From: Octopus sinensis
Lineage: Eukaryota
Direction: 5' to 3'
Assembly (NCBI RefSeq): GCF_006345805.1
Contig: NC_043021.1
Location: 21,080,001-21,144,000 of the forward strand
DNA: 64,000 nt
A program made the translations under genes and the position numbers. Each line of letters starts with the position of its first letter. Positions within the stretch are counted from its first letter, which is position 1. The notes below the pieces were generated by a model that made no database searches, was not told the origin of the DNA, and saw only the letters and a list, made by a program, of their open reading frames with translations. Of this stretch, positions 26,135-39,469 are shown piece by piece.

Positions 26135-26274
26135 GATCACTTCTTTGATTTCTCTATTAATGTTTTCTTTCAGTTGTACCAAGGTCTCTGGCTTGTTGAT
26201 GTAAAAAACCCTCTCTTTCAGATATTCTCACAAGAAAAAATCTGGGCCGGTCAAATCTGAGGAACGTGATGGCC
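26135..26274 (-). pseudogene. Inverted second copy of the Tc1/mariner transposase C-terminal segment
   Basis: Reverse complement aligns with about 26395-26535. Confidence 0.65.
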
Positions 26275-26289
26275 ATTCAAAATAGACCT

Positions 26290-27191
26290 CACACATGGTT
26301 CCAGCAAGATGGGGCAACTGCTCAACCCGCAAGAGAAACAATGCAGTACTAGCGGGAGAGAGAATACTCTCCCTCTACGGCAATGCCGACTGACCTTTAT
26401 GTTCCCCAGACTTGACTCACCTGGATTTTTTTCTTGTGGGGGATACCTGACAGAGAAGGTTTACGTCAACAAACCAGAGACCCTGGTGCAACTGAAAGAG
26501 AACATCAACAGACAAATGAGAGAAGTGGGGTCTGACACTCTTGAGTGTGTTATGGTGCAAGTTTTGGAAAGAGCATGGGTGTGCGAAGCTGAAAGGGCTG
26601 CCGTTTAAGTGATGTTATTTTTCATATGCGATGTAGTGGTGTTGCAAAATTTGACTTGTGCATATTAATTTACTCTTTACTCTTTACTCTTTTATTCTTT
26701 TACTTGTTTCAGTCATTTGACTGCGGCCATGCTGGAGCACTGCCTTTAATCGAGCAACTCGACCCCGGGACTTATTCTTTTGTAAGCCCAGTACTTATTC
26801 TATCGGCCTCTTTTGCCGAACCGCTAAGTAACAGGGACATAAACACACCAGCATCGGTTGTCAAGTAATGCTAGGGGGACAAACACAGACACACACACAC
26901 TCATATATATATGCATATATACGACGGGCTTCTTTCAGTTTCCGTCTACCAAATCCACTCACAAGGCTTTGGTCGGCCCAAGGCTATAGTAGAAGACACT
27001 TGCCCAAGATGCCACGCAGTGGGACTGAACCCGGAACCATGTGGTTGGTAAGCAAGCTACTTACCACACTGCCACTCCCGCGCCTAATTTCCATTATATC
27101 CTTTATATTGTATCAAAATTTCATGCATTTATTTATAAATTTGAGGAAGTTATTAAGAATTGAAACCCATCAATGACTTTTGGACACCTTG
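26290..27191 (+). mobile_element. Tc1/mariner-superfamily remnant (maT/rosa-like transposase C-terminus plus right TIR), split by a SINE B
   Basis: Translates WFQQDGATAQPARETM...SPDLTHLDFF/LWGYLTEKVYVNKPETL with a stop and frameshifts. Ends TTTTTGGACACCTTG|TA. Confidence 0.8.
26672..27084 (-). mobile_element. SINE family B with TAATTT target-site duplication
   Basis: taattt at 26666-26671 and 27085-27090. Confidence 0.92.
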
Positions 27192-27685
27192 TATATATAT
27201 ATATATATATAACAATTACAATGAATACTGAGACCCAGTACATCTGCATAGTTTTTAGTTTAATTTTTATTTTTACAGTTAATTATACAGCATAATTATC
27301 TGCTTGGATAATTTATCCCTGTATACTCATTGTATACATACACACACACACACACCCACACCCACACACACACACACACACACACACTATATATATATAT
27401 ATATAAACATACACACACATATATATATAGACAGATTGATATATGTAAATATATATATATATATATATATATACATACATACATACATACATACATATAC
27501 ATATATACATACATACATACATACACATGACTTTTATATGAAACTGAGTTAGATTAGTTTTATATTACAATTATATGAACATGATGAAACAACCTGAGTG
27601 CCAATTTTCTGCTAATGTTGTAATTTAATATACTATCTTTATGATGTAATATAATCTAACATAATATACATATATATATGTACAC

Positions 27686-27990
27686 GGAGGCGCAATGGCC
27701 CAGTGGTTAGGGCAGCGGACTCGTGGTCGTAGGATCGCGGTTTCGATTCCCAGGCCGGGCATTGTGAGTGTTTATTGAGTGAAAACACCTAAAAGCACCA
27801 CAATGCTCCGGCAGGGTGTGGTGATCCCTGCTGTACTCTTTCACCACTCTTTCTCCCACTCTTTCTTCTGTTGGCCTGCTCGCTTACCCAGCGGGGTGGT
27901 GTCATTCGAAGGCTAAAACAATGCGAACGCATTGTGACCAGCGATGTGTAACAACATCTGATGGTCTGGTCGGTCACGTGATCACGTGAT
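27686..27990 (+). mobile_element. SINE family C
   Basis: Full head, body and tail. Confidence 0.9.
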
Positions 27991-28035
27991 ATATGTACAC
28001 ACACAAACACACACACACACATGTGTGTGCATATA

Positions 28036-28359
28036 AAGGGTAAAGACCTCTTTCAGTCATGACTGACAATGAGATTGCATCTAGAAAGTTCCCCTCGAAG
28101 GCACAAGTCTAGGCAAGTTGTTAATGGAAGACCAGCAGTCGCCCATGCATACCGGCCTCCCCTCTTCACACCACCAATGTTATCCAAGGGGAAGGCAAAG
28201 GCCATTGACATTGAAACTCATTTCTACAGCTGAGTGAACTGGAGCAATGTGAAATAAAGTGTCTTGCTCAAGAACACCACACACAGACCAGTACGGGAAT
28301 CGAACTCACAACATCATGATCGTAAGCTTGATGCTCTAACCACTGTGTCATGGGCCTTC
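28036..28359 (-). mobile_element. SINE family E
   Basis: Minus strand: GACACAGTGGTTAGAGC...GAGTTCGATTCCC head and cttgagcaagacact...cagctgtagaaatgag core. Confidence 0.8.
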
Positions 28360-28407
28360 ACACACACACACACACATATACACACACGCATACATATACA
28401 CATATAT

Positions 28408-28456
<49 letters not shown>

Positions 28457-29179
28457 ATATATATTTATGATGGTAAAAAAATTAAGTAAAAACAGGTAAA
28501 AAATAGACTCACATCACATGCATATGCACACACACAAACGCACACACATACACGCAATGTGTACCTGGGGCACATTACACAAATTATCCTTCGTTTTTCT
28601 TCCCTTTAAACCATTAATGGCATCAGGCTGTGATTTGAAACAGAATTGGCTGCTATTTCAAGGCAAGTTGAGCAGCCATGTAGAAGTCTTCCCTCCCCCC
28701 CTTGACTCACGTGGAAACATGATATGAATGGGTGATGATGACAGCAATGTGTGTGTGTGTGCATGCATGCGTGAGCGTGCACAGGTGTGTGTGTGTGTGT
28801 ATACACTGCATGCAAATGTACTTGTATGATAACAGGTTATTAAAGAGGTAAAGTGCTTGTGTCGGAGAGAAAGAAAAGAAGGGAAAAAAAAATGCAACGT
28901 GAAGTTTTCTGACAGAGATGTGGGTTAAATGTGGTGAGGGCATAGGGGAGGGGGGTGTAGGTGATGGATCGGGGGTGGGGCGGGGGCGGGGCGGTGGGTT
29001 GAGGATTGGCGTGGGAGGTGGAATGGTGAAGACGGATCTCGCAGATGACACACGAGATGACATCAAATGAGACCAGAGGGCAAAAAGGTAAAAAAAAAAA
29101 AAAAACACATTTGAGAACAATTGACTTGGCTGAATGATTGGATGGTGAAGGTGATTGCGAAGGTGATGGTAATAATGGT

Positions 29180-29187
29180 CATTATGT

Positions 29188-29253
<66 letters not shown>

Positions 29254-29330
29254 CAATGTTGATGACGGTGGTGATGGTGGCGGTGGTGTTAATGGTGGAG
29301 ATAATGATGATGATGATGATGATGATGGTA

Positions 29331-29406
<76 letters not shown>

Positions 29407-29527
29407 GGATGATGACAATGTTGATGACGGTGGTGATGGTGGCGGTGGTGTTAATGGTGGAGATAATGATGATGATGATGATGATGATGGTAATGATGAT
29501 GATGATGATGATATGATGATGATGATG

Positions 29528-29570
<43 letters not shown>

Positions 29571-29629
29571 GGATGATGACAATGTTGATGACGGTGGTGA
29601 TGGTGGCGGTGGTGTTAATGGTGGAGATA

Positions 29630-29662
<33 letters not shown>

Positions 29663-29990
29663 GTAATGATGATGATTATAATGATGATTATCTACAATAT
29701 CAAAATTGACATGCAGAGAAACAATAACAATAATCATGATTATTATTACCCTCACCATCACCACAACTGTCATCATCAAAGCCATTTTCACCACAACCAC
29801 CACCACCGCCACCGCCACCACCGCCGCCGCCACCACCACTGCCACCACCATCACCCCCACCACCGCTGCCACCACCACCGCCGCCGCCACCGCTACCACC
29901 ACTGCTGCTGCCACCACTACCTCCACCTCCATCACACCCACCATCATTACCACAGCCATTGTCATTATCACCATATATCCCCCACTCCCT
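29180..29990. repeat. (GAT)n/(CAC)n tract with a ~160-bp higher-order triplication
   Basis: gacaatgttgatgacggtggtgatggtggcggtggtgttaatggtggagataat occurs three times (~29252, 29413, 29578). Confidence 0.9.
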
Positions 29991-30205
29991 CTCTCTGTTG
30001 AGAGGTCTTTGTCTTGTGGTCTTTGTCTTGTGGTCTTTGTCTTGTGGGTGCTGGTGCTATTCAAAAAGCTTCCATTTTGGTGTCACATAAAAAAAGGCAC
30101 CTGTGACAGTGCCACATAGAGAAGGAAAACCGTGCTGGTGCCACATAAAAAAACTGGTGCAATGGAGAAAGCACCCACCCATGCTGGTGCCACATAAAAA
30201 GTACC

Positions 30206-31086
30206 CATGCAGTAGTGGCTGTGTGGTAAGTAGCTTGCTTACCAACCACATGGTTCCAGGTCAGTCCCACTGCGTGGCACCATGGGCAAGTATAACCTCG
30301 AGCTGACCAAAGCCTTGTGAGTGCATTTGGTAGACAGAAACTGAAAGAAGCCCGTCATATATATATGTATATATATGTATATATTTAAGGCGGCGAGTTG
30401 GCATAAACGTTAGCACGCCAGGTGAAATGCGTAGCCGTATTTAGTCTGCCGTTACGTTCTGAGTTGAAATTCCGACGAGGTCGACTTTGCCTTTCATCCT
30501 TTCGGGGTCAATAAATTAAGCACCAGTTACGCACTGGGGTCGATGTAATCGACTTAATCCGTTTGTCTGTCCTTGTTTGTCCCCTCTGTGTTTAGCCCCT
30601 TTTTTTTTTTTTGTTTTTCCAGTTTCAGCTCTTGAGCTGTGGCCATGCTGGGGCACCGCCATTGTGGTGAAAGAGTACAGCAGGGATCACCACCCCCTGC
30701 CGGAGCCTCGTAGAGCTTTTAGGTGTTTTCGCTCAATAAACACACACAACGCCCGGTCTGAGAATCGAAACCGCGATCCTGCGACCGCGAGTCCGCTGCC
30801 CTAACCACTAGGCCATTACTACCCTTGTGGGTAGTAAAGAAATATATATATGTATGTGTGTCTGTGTGTATGCTTGTGTTTTGTGTTTGTCTCCTCAACA
30901 TCACTTGACAACCGATGCTGGTGTGTTTACATCCCCGTAACTTAGCAGTTTGGCAAAAGAAACCGATAGAATAAGTACTAGGCTTACAAAGAATAAGTCC
31001 TGGGGTCGATTTGCTCGACTAAAGGCGGTGCTCCAGCATGGCCACAGTCAAATGCCTGAAATAAGTAAAAGAGTAAAGAGAGTAAA
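30206..31086 (+). mobile_element. SINE family B interrupted by family A (30388-30600, +) and a family C-type piece (~30615-30815, -)
   Basis: B head 30206-30360 and B tail 30850-31086, with nested inserts at the TA linker. Confidence 0.85.
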
Positions 31087-31106
31087 TAGTATGCAAGCGA
31101 CAATTA

Positions 31107-32382
31107 TCAGATCATTAAGAAGGAAATGTCCGATTTTGAGTTGAGAGTTTATTTTACTTTATCTCAACAAAAAGCAATGCAGTTAATCAAAGAATGCACC
31201 AAAATTATCAACACAGTTTTGCCATTTTATCGGTAGCTTATTTATGCCAGCAGTGAAGAATTCTGGAGAACAAGAGGTGATGAAATCACGAAAGGCTATT
31301 TTTGCATCTTCTTCACATTTCAAGTTTTTTCCTTGCAAAAAGTTGTCTAATGCCTGGAAAACATGATAGTCTGTTGGTGCAAGGTCTGGTGAATTTGGTG
31401 GATGACAGAGTACTTCCAAGTTCAGTTCCTCTAATTTGAGTAGCGTTCTTTGTGCAATATGTGGTTGAGCATTGTCTTGCAAGAGAATTGGCCTGTCTCT
31501 CTTGACCAATCTCAGTTGTTTAATTGCCAGTTCACTCATCATTTCATCCAATTAGTTGATGTATACATCCACTGTAATTGACATACCAGGTCTCATGAAA
31601 CTGTGGTGGATGACATCAATGCTGGGCCACCAAACAGACACCTTTAGCTTTTCTTGGTGAATATTCTTTTTTGGATTGTATTTTGGCACTTCATCTCTAT
31701 CTAACCACCATGCAAAATGCTTGCTATTGTTAAAAAGAATCCATTTTTCATCACTCATAATAATACAATACAAAAATGGTTTGCTTTTCTGCTGTGACAG
31801 CAAAGAACAGCAAATTTCAAGATGATTGTTATTTGATGCTTGTTCAGTTTGTGTGGTACCAACTGTCCAGCTTCTTTACCTTGCTGATTTGTTTTGGATG
31901 GTCCAATACAGTTGGAATTGAAACATCAAACCTTGCTGCTTACTCATGCATAGTTTGAGATGTATCTACTTCCACTACAGCTTCCAGCTCATCATTATCC
32001 ACCTTGGTCTCAGGTCTACCATGGGGCTGATTTTCAAGAGTAAAGTCACCAGACCGGAACTTCTCAAACCATCAACGTACAGTGCGCTCATTCGCTACAT
32101 CTTCACCAAACACCTCATTGATGTTTCGAGCTGTCTGGGATGCATTGGTTCCACGATGGAACTCATTTTCATAAACTACACAAATTTTTTATCTATCCAT
32201 GGGTTCACAAAAATTGATTTACAAGAGAAAACTCACAATATAATCAAACACCTTGAATTGTATTTAGAAAAGTGATGATGTAATTCTTCAATGTTGCAAA
32301 ACAAAGAATTGTCAGGATATGAGTTAATGACTGTCAAACTTGGTGCATAAGAAAATCAGACATTTCATTCTTAATGACCTGA
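31107..32382 (-). mobile_element. Full-length (1276 bp) mariner transposon, inactive
   Basis: TIRs TCAGATCATTAAGAAGGAAATGTCCGATTTT / AAAATCAGACATTTCATTCTTAATGACCTGA, flanked by TA on both sides. Confidence 0.92.
31183..32200 (-). pseudogene. Mariner D,D34D transposase pseudogene
   Basis: N-terminal HTH region (EFHRGTNASQTARNINEVFG...WFEKFRSGDF), SDEKW, LLQDNAQPH, and HPPNSPDLAPTDYH with exactly 34 residues between the last two catalytic Asp. Multiple stops and frameshifts. Confidence 0.92.
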
Positions 32383-32384
32383 TA

Positions 32385-32568
32385 AAAAAGCACCCGGTAC
32401 CCTCTGTATAGTGGTTGGCATTATGAAGGGCATCCAGCCATAGAAGCGGAGCTAAAACAAGCGTTTGGAGATGGGACAGCTGTTTAGCTCCTGTCAACCC
32501 ATGCCAGGAACCACATGCCAGCAACTGTTCAACCCATGCCAGCATGGAAAATGGATGGTAAATGATGA
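32385..32568 (+). mobile_element. RTE-type 3' tail fragment
   Basis: gtggttggcattatgaagggcatccagcc...ccatgccagcatggaaaatggatggtaaatgatga. Confidence 0.7.
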
Positions 32569-32569
32569 A

Positions 32570-33353
32570 GTGGTGGTGTTGGTGGTTGTGGTGGTGGTGA
32601 CGACGATGATGATGGTGACGATGATGACAGCAGTGATGGTGGTGGTGGTGGTTGTGGTGATGATGATGGTGATGGTGACGATGATGACAGTAGTAGTGAT
32701 GGTGGTGACTGTGGCTGTGGCAGTGGTGGTGGTGGTTGTTGTGGTGGCGGTTGTTGTGGTGGTGGTTGTTGTGGTGGTGGTTGTTGTGGTGGTGGTTGTT
32801 GTGGTGGTGGTTGTTGTGGTGGTGGTTGTGGTGGTGATAATGATGATGGTGATGGTGATGATGATGACAGTAGTAGTGATGGTGGTGGCTGTGGCTGTGG
32901 CAGTGGTGGTAGTGGTGGTAGTGGTGGTAGTGGTGGCAGTGGTGGCAGTGGTGGTGGTGATGAAGCTACATGAGTTAGTCCTTCCATGTGGATGCAGCAT
33001 GGAGGTAAGAAATGTTGCCACACAGCCTTGGTGCTAATGTTATTTCTACTACTACTGCTACTACTGCTACTACTGCTACTACTACTGCTGCTGTTGCTGC
33101 TGTTGCTGCTACTTCTGTGGTTGCATTTGCAGTTTAAACTATTGTTATAGTTAGTGTTGTGGTGGTAGTATGATGGTGATGATGGAGGTGACGGTCGTGG
33201 TAGTGATGGTGGTGGATTTTGTCATGGTAGTGGTGGTGGTCATGGTGACGGTAATGCTGGTGGTGATGGTGGTGTTGGTGATGGTGGTGGTGATGATAGT
33301 GGTGGTGATGATTGTTGTGGTGGTAGTGGTGGTGGTGGTGATGGTCGTGGTAG

Positions 33354-33384
<31 letters not shown>

Positions 33385-33790
33385 CATGGTGACGGTGGTG
33401 TTGGTGATGATTGTTGTGGTGGTAGTGGTGGTGGTTCAGTGTGTAGCGGGTGATGATGATGGTGGTGGTGGTCATGGTGACGGTGGTGTTGGTGATGATT
33501 GTTGTGGTGGTAGTGGTGGTGGTTACAGTCGTGGTAGCGGTGATGATGATGGTGGTAGTGGTGGTCATGGTGACGGTGGTGTTGGTGGTGATGGTCATGG
33601 TAGTGATGATGATGGTGGTGGTGGTCGTGGTGGTGGTGATGGTGGTGGTCATGATGAAAGTAGTGGTGATGGTGGTTGAGGTGGTAGTGGTTGTTGCTGT
33701 CACAACTATTGTTATTCCTGCTGCTACTGCTGCCGGTGCTGCTTTTCCTGCTTTTGATCCTGTTGTTGTCGTTGCTGTTGTTTGTTGATG
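32570..33790. repeat. (GGT/GAT/GTT)n trinucleotide low-complexity region
   Basis: Directly visible; source of the long poly-V/T/H ORFs in the track. Confidence 0.92.
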
Positions 33791-33814
33791 TTACAATCAA
33801 AAATAATATGTGAA

Positions 33815-33847
33815 ACTTAAAACACACACACACACACGCACACACAT

Positions 33848-33879
<32 letters not shown>

Positions 33880-35560
33880 TGAGTCACAAACATAGCCATC
33901 AAAAATGCACTCACAAACACACCTATAACAACACACACATATACACATGCACGCATGGATACCAACGTAAATATACACACATAGAAATACACATACAAAT
34001 ACACACACACACATACACACATTCATGCCCATGTACACACACACACACATACATGCTCATGCACATGCTCATAAGTACACACACACACACACACATACAC
34101 ACACACATACACACACACAGAAGCACAAATACAAACACACCTGTAAGAACACAGATACACATTCATAAACACACACACCAACACATGTGTTAGAACACGT
34201 ACATGCACATGCACACATATTAGTGTATATGCGCACACAAATATACACATATACATTCATACACATACATGCACACGCACACACACACATTTACACAAGC
34301 GCATGCACAGAAATGCAAGTACAAATACACCTGTAATAATACGCGCACACACATGCACACAAACACATATGTACACATGCAAATGCACACACGCACACAC
34401 ACTCATACACAAATATACACACACACACACAAACCAACGTAAATCTACTGACGTAAAAATACACACACATTCATACACGTACATGCACACACACACACAC
34501 ACATTTACACAAGCGCATGCACAGAAACGCAAGGACAAATACACCTGTTAGAACATGTGCACACACATGCACACAAACGTATGTGCACACACACATACAT
34601 GCACACATGCACACACTCACACGTACATGCACATGCACACATATTAGTGTATATGCGCACAACAATACACATATACATTCATACACATACATGCACACGC
34701 ACACACACACATTTACACAAGCGCATGCACAGAAATGCAAGTACAAATACACCTGTAATAATACGCGCACACACATGCACACAAACACATATGTACACAT
34801 GCAAATGCACACACGCACACACACTCATACACAAATATACACACACACACACAAACCAACGTAAATCTACTGACGTAAAAATACACACACATTCATACAC
34901 GTACATGCACACACACACACACACATTTACACAAGCGCATGCACAGAAACGCAAGGACAAATACACCTGTTAGAACATGTGCACACACATGCACACAAAC
35001 GTATGTGCACACACACATACATGCACACATGCACACACTCACACGTACATGCACACATGCACACACTCACACGTACATGCACACATGCACACACACATAC
35101 ATGCACACATGCACACACACATACATGCACACATGCACACACACACGTACATGCACACACACACGTACATGCACACACACACATACATGCACACACACAC
35201 GTACATGCACACATGCACACATGCACACACACACACGTACATGCACACATGTACACCCATACACACGTACATGCACACATACGTACATGCACACATGCAC
35301 ACATGCACACACACACACGTACATGCACACATGTACACCCATACACACGTACATGCACACATGCACACACACTCATACATGCACACATTCACATACATTC
35401 ACACAAACATACACAGAAATGCAAACACAAACACATCTATAAGAACATACACACACACATATAAGAGCACACAAAGACACACACGGGCATGCACGCACAC
35501 ACACATGCACGCACACACACACGCACGCACATACGCATACACAAATGTTCACATACAAAC
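33815..35560. repeat. (CA)-rich complex tract containing a ~422-bp near-exact tandem duplication
   Basis: ORFs 34257-34544 and 34679-34966 translate identically and are offset by 422 nt. Confidence 0.92.
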
Positions 35561-35729
35561 TCACCAGAAGCTAATGAGTGTCACAATCAGCTGTGCTGAT
35601 GGTGTGTAGCTTGGTGACGGTGGTGGTGGTGGTGGTGGTGGTGGTGGGGAAGGTAAGGGGTAGAGAGGTAAGGAAGAGAAGGAGGGGGAGGGGGAGCATC
35701 AGCATCAGCAGCAGTTTTGAAGGTATGCT

Positions 35730-35765
<36 letters not shown>

Positions 35766-35909
35766 TTGTTACCATTACCATTATTGTTATTATCATTTTG
35801 TCTCATCTTCTTCATCTTCTTCATCTTCTTCATCTTGTCTTTGATTTCAGATTAAAGTAAAGCTCTGCAAGAAACAATAAAAACAAAGACCAAAAAAAAA
35901 AACAGGAAA

Positions 35910-35954
<45 letters not shown>

Positions 35955-36187
35955 TAAATGAAATAATCGCAAAACAATGCAAAAATATCTTACTCGCACA
36001 TTTTTCGCAATGTTTGTTACCTTGGTAACAATCCAACTATTTGAGCAACAGGCTGCTGCACTGGATGATGAAGAAGAAGACGACAGACATCAGCCTACTC
36101 TCCTTGAACACCGACAACGAGAAAGCCTCTGTGTTGCCTCTCAACTTGCTTGACATAACAGCTAAGTTCCATTCAAACCATACATAT

Positions 36188-36605
36188 AGGCGCAGGAGTG
36201 GCTGTGTGGTAAGTAGCTTGCTAACCAACCACATGGTTCCGGGTTCAGTCCCACTGCGTGGCATCTTGGGCAAGTGTCTTCTGCTATAGCCCCGGGCCGA
36301 CCAATGCCTTGTGAGTGGGTTTGGTAGACGGAAACTGAAAGAAGCCTGTCGTATATATGTATATATATATATATGTGTGTGTGTGTGTATGTGTTTGTGT
36401 GTCTGTGTTTGTCCCCCTAGCATTGCTTGACAACCGATGCTGGTGTGTTTACGTCCCCGTCACTTAGCGGTTCGGCAAAAGAGACCGATAGAATAAGTAC
36501 TGGGCTTACAAAGAATAAGTCCCGGGGTCGATTTGCTCGACTAAAGGCGGTGCTCCAGCATGGCCGCAGTCAAATGACTGAAACAAGTAAAAGAGTAAAA
36601 GAGTA
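36188..36605 (+). mobile_element. SINE family B full-length
   Basis: Near-consensus with CpGs intact. Confidence 0.93.
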
Positions 36606-37231
36606 ACTATCACATGAAAATAAGGATGACATTAAATAATGGAATTCTTAATATATTATGTCTCCAACAAACTCTGCCAAAAGGAGGTAATGGTCACAGT
36701 AGTATAACTAAATGGTTGGGGGGGGGACATCTTACCTTTGTTCACTGCTCACTGTATCCACCCCAACATACCTCTGATCTCCATCACTGTCACTGTACAT
36801 CTCTCCCTCTCCTCTCTCACTTCCATACACACTTTTCCTTTGCTCAGCCACTTCAAACATCTCTCTATTTCTCATCTTCCAATTGTTTTCTTGTTCTTTT
36901 TCTCCTCACCTTCCTGCACTGTCACTCATCTCGTCTCTTCCACCATCCAGAGTCATTTCTGTTTCTTTCACTCCCTCCACCCACCTCCAATTTCATATTT
37001 ACCATCAACCATGCCTCCATCCTCATTCACCCCTATCTCCTTCTTTAACCAATCTGACACTTTCCTTTTACACACTTGTCGACTTATTTACTCACCTTTC
37101 TTGATCCACTTTCGTTACACTCTCCTCTACACATCCCCTTTCAACTTAAAGGCATGCCCTGACATCTCATTATCACCATCTTTATCCATGAGCATAATCT
37201 ATAGGTAGTGCTTAGCTGAGCAAGGGATATA

Positions 37232-37983
37232 CAGTGATCCCTCGCTACTTCGCGGTTCAACTATCGCTGATTCACGAATTTGTGGATTTTAAAAATATAT
37301 ATATATGAACACCTAAAATTTTTCATTAAATCCAAAGAATAAGAAGAAAAAATGCAGCAAGAAATGGAAGAAATTGTCGATCAAACTGGCTTGACTTTGG
37401 AATGGCTGGCCAAGCTCTGCAACCTGGCTAAAGAATTGAAAGAGAGTTCACAGGAATGGGACGACGATATGGTTCGTTCTGTGCAATTTTGAAACAAAGT
37501 CGACGAAGTCATGAATCCCTAAAAGATGCTCTTTGAACGGAAAAAGAAGCAGCGGCACCAACTTCCTATCACAATGTTTTTGCAGCCTGGCAAAAAAGAG
37601 CCAGTTCCCACTGCTACTACTACTACTACTACTACGGTTGTACCTTCGGCAGAAGTGGAAGAGGTGTCCGAGGAAAGGGCACCGCCGTCAGCTTCATTCA
37701 GCAAATTCATCACCATCATCATCCAAATTTTACTTCAACTTCTTTCGTGTTGAGTACAGTAACAATCTTTAATTTTTTAAAATCTAAAGTATTATTGCTT
37801 AACAGTTGTCCTTGTTGTTAATAGACTACTGTAATGGGTGGGTTGTTAACAGTACAGGGAGGGTTTTAAAAGTCCAAATACACGTTAAATAAATACTGTA
37901 AATATGGTGTCCCTACTTCGCGGAAATTCAGTTATTGCAGCCGGTCTTGGAACTAATCTACCGCGATAAACGAGGGATCACTG
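37232..37983 (+). mobile_element. Tigger/pogo-family internal-deletion derivative (752 bp)
   Basis: TA|CAGTGATCCCTCG ... CGAGGGATCACTG|TA. Carries a transposase C-terminal remnant (GLTLEWLAKLCNLAKEL...DDDMVRSVQF...FERKKKQRHQLPITMF). Confidence 0.9.
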
Positions 37984-38299
37984 TAGATCCAACAGGTGTG
38001 ATCCAGAGATGCTCATGGACTCATGGATAAACAATTCTTGGGCACGTCTACAAAGAATTTCACAGTTCCACGTAAGGATCTTTACATGGTGCTCTTACTG
38101 TGGAAAACAAATGACTATATTAAATTTTCTATGTCTTTGTGCTCTTTTAATACAGAGATATATACTTGTACTTGAATATTCATCGTCTGAAAGGTTTCAG
38201 TTTATGCTTTGTCTCCATTTACATGTATAATGGAAGGCAAAGTTTATGATATCGGAAGAATATTGTCTTCTTCCATCATCTGTTTGTTCTTCAAAAAGC

Positions 38300-38550
38300 A
38301 CCAACTGATCATGGCCTGTGCTGGTGGCATGTAAAAAGCACCAACCGATTGTGGCCGCTGCCAGCCTCCCCTGGCACCTGTTCCGGTGGCACGTAAAAAG
38401 CACCCGCTACACTCACGGAGTGGTTGGCATTAGGAAAGGCATCCAGTTGTAGAAACACTGCCAGATCAGACTGGAGCCTGGTGCAGCCTCCTGGCTTCCC
38501 AGACCCCGGTCGAACTGTCCAACCCATGCTAGCACGGAAACGGATGTTAA

Positions 38551-38581
<31 letters not shown>
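38300..38581 (+). mobile_element. RTE LINE 3' UTR/tail with (GAT)n
   Basis: gtggcacgtaaaaagcacc repeats plus the conserved tail. Confidence 0.85.
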
Positions 38582-38583
<2 letters not shown>

Positions 38584-38825
38584 GACAATGGGATGTAAAT
38601 ATTAGGTTAAAAATCCATTTTTGGATGGAATAAGACAAAGGCTATCCTTAGGATTCACACCAACGTTTTCTGATGTTCTACCATTGAACCAAAGTAACCC
38701 TTTGAGCATCTTCCTCTATTTTAGAAACTTTGTTATTACCAGTGAGTATTTTCTGTTGCTTATGATGTACACATACATTATACATACATCATTATACGTG
38801 GAATCATCTGAATCTGTTAAAACTC

Positions 38826-39275
38826 AACTGCATCATCATCATCATCATCATCATCGTTTAACATCCGTTTTCCATGCTAGCATGGGTTGGACGGTTCAAC
38901 TGGGGTTTGGGAAGCCAGAAGGCTGCGCCAGGCCCAATCTGATATGGTAGTGTTTCTACGGCTGGATGCCCTTCCTAACACCAACCACTCTGTGAGTGTA
39001 GTGGGTACTTTTTACGTGCCAGACGAGGCTGGCAAACAGCCACGATCGGATGGTGCTTTTTACGTGCCACTGGCACGGGGGCCAGACGAGGCTGGCAACG
39101 GCCACGATTGGATGGTGCTTTTTATGTGCCACCGGCACGGGTGCCAGACGAGGTTGGCAACGGCCACAATCGGATGGTGCATTTTACGTGCCACCGACAT
39201 GGAGGCCAGTTGGGGCGGCACTGGCAACGGCCATGTTCGGATGGTTCTCTTATGTGCCACCGGCACTGGTATCAC
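38826..39275 (-). mobile_element. RTE LINE 3' UTR/tail, opposite orientation
   Basis: (CAT)n then ttaacatccgttttccatgctagcatggg..., with internal ~50-bp repeats. Confidence 0.85.
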
Positions 39276-39469
39276 AGCTACAATTTCCATTGATGTTGAT
39301 CGATTTCGATTTTGAATTTGGTTTTCATTTTCACTGTATATCCATGAAATAGTCTGGATTGTTAAAAACACATTTTTGTCATATTAATTACAACTTTATC
39401 CATTGACTTGCTTTCCAGAATTGGTTTTCTTCTGTGTTTTTCTATTTGTACATTTCTATGTATTATCTA

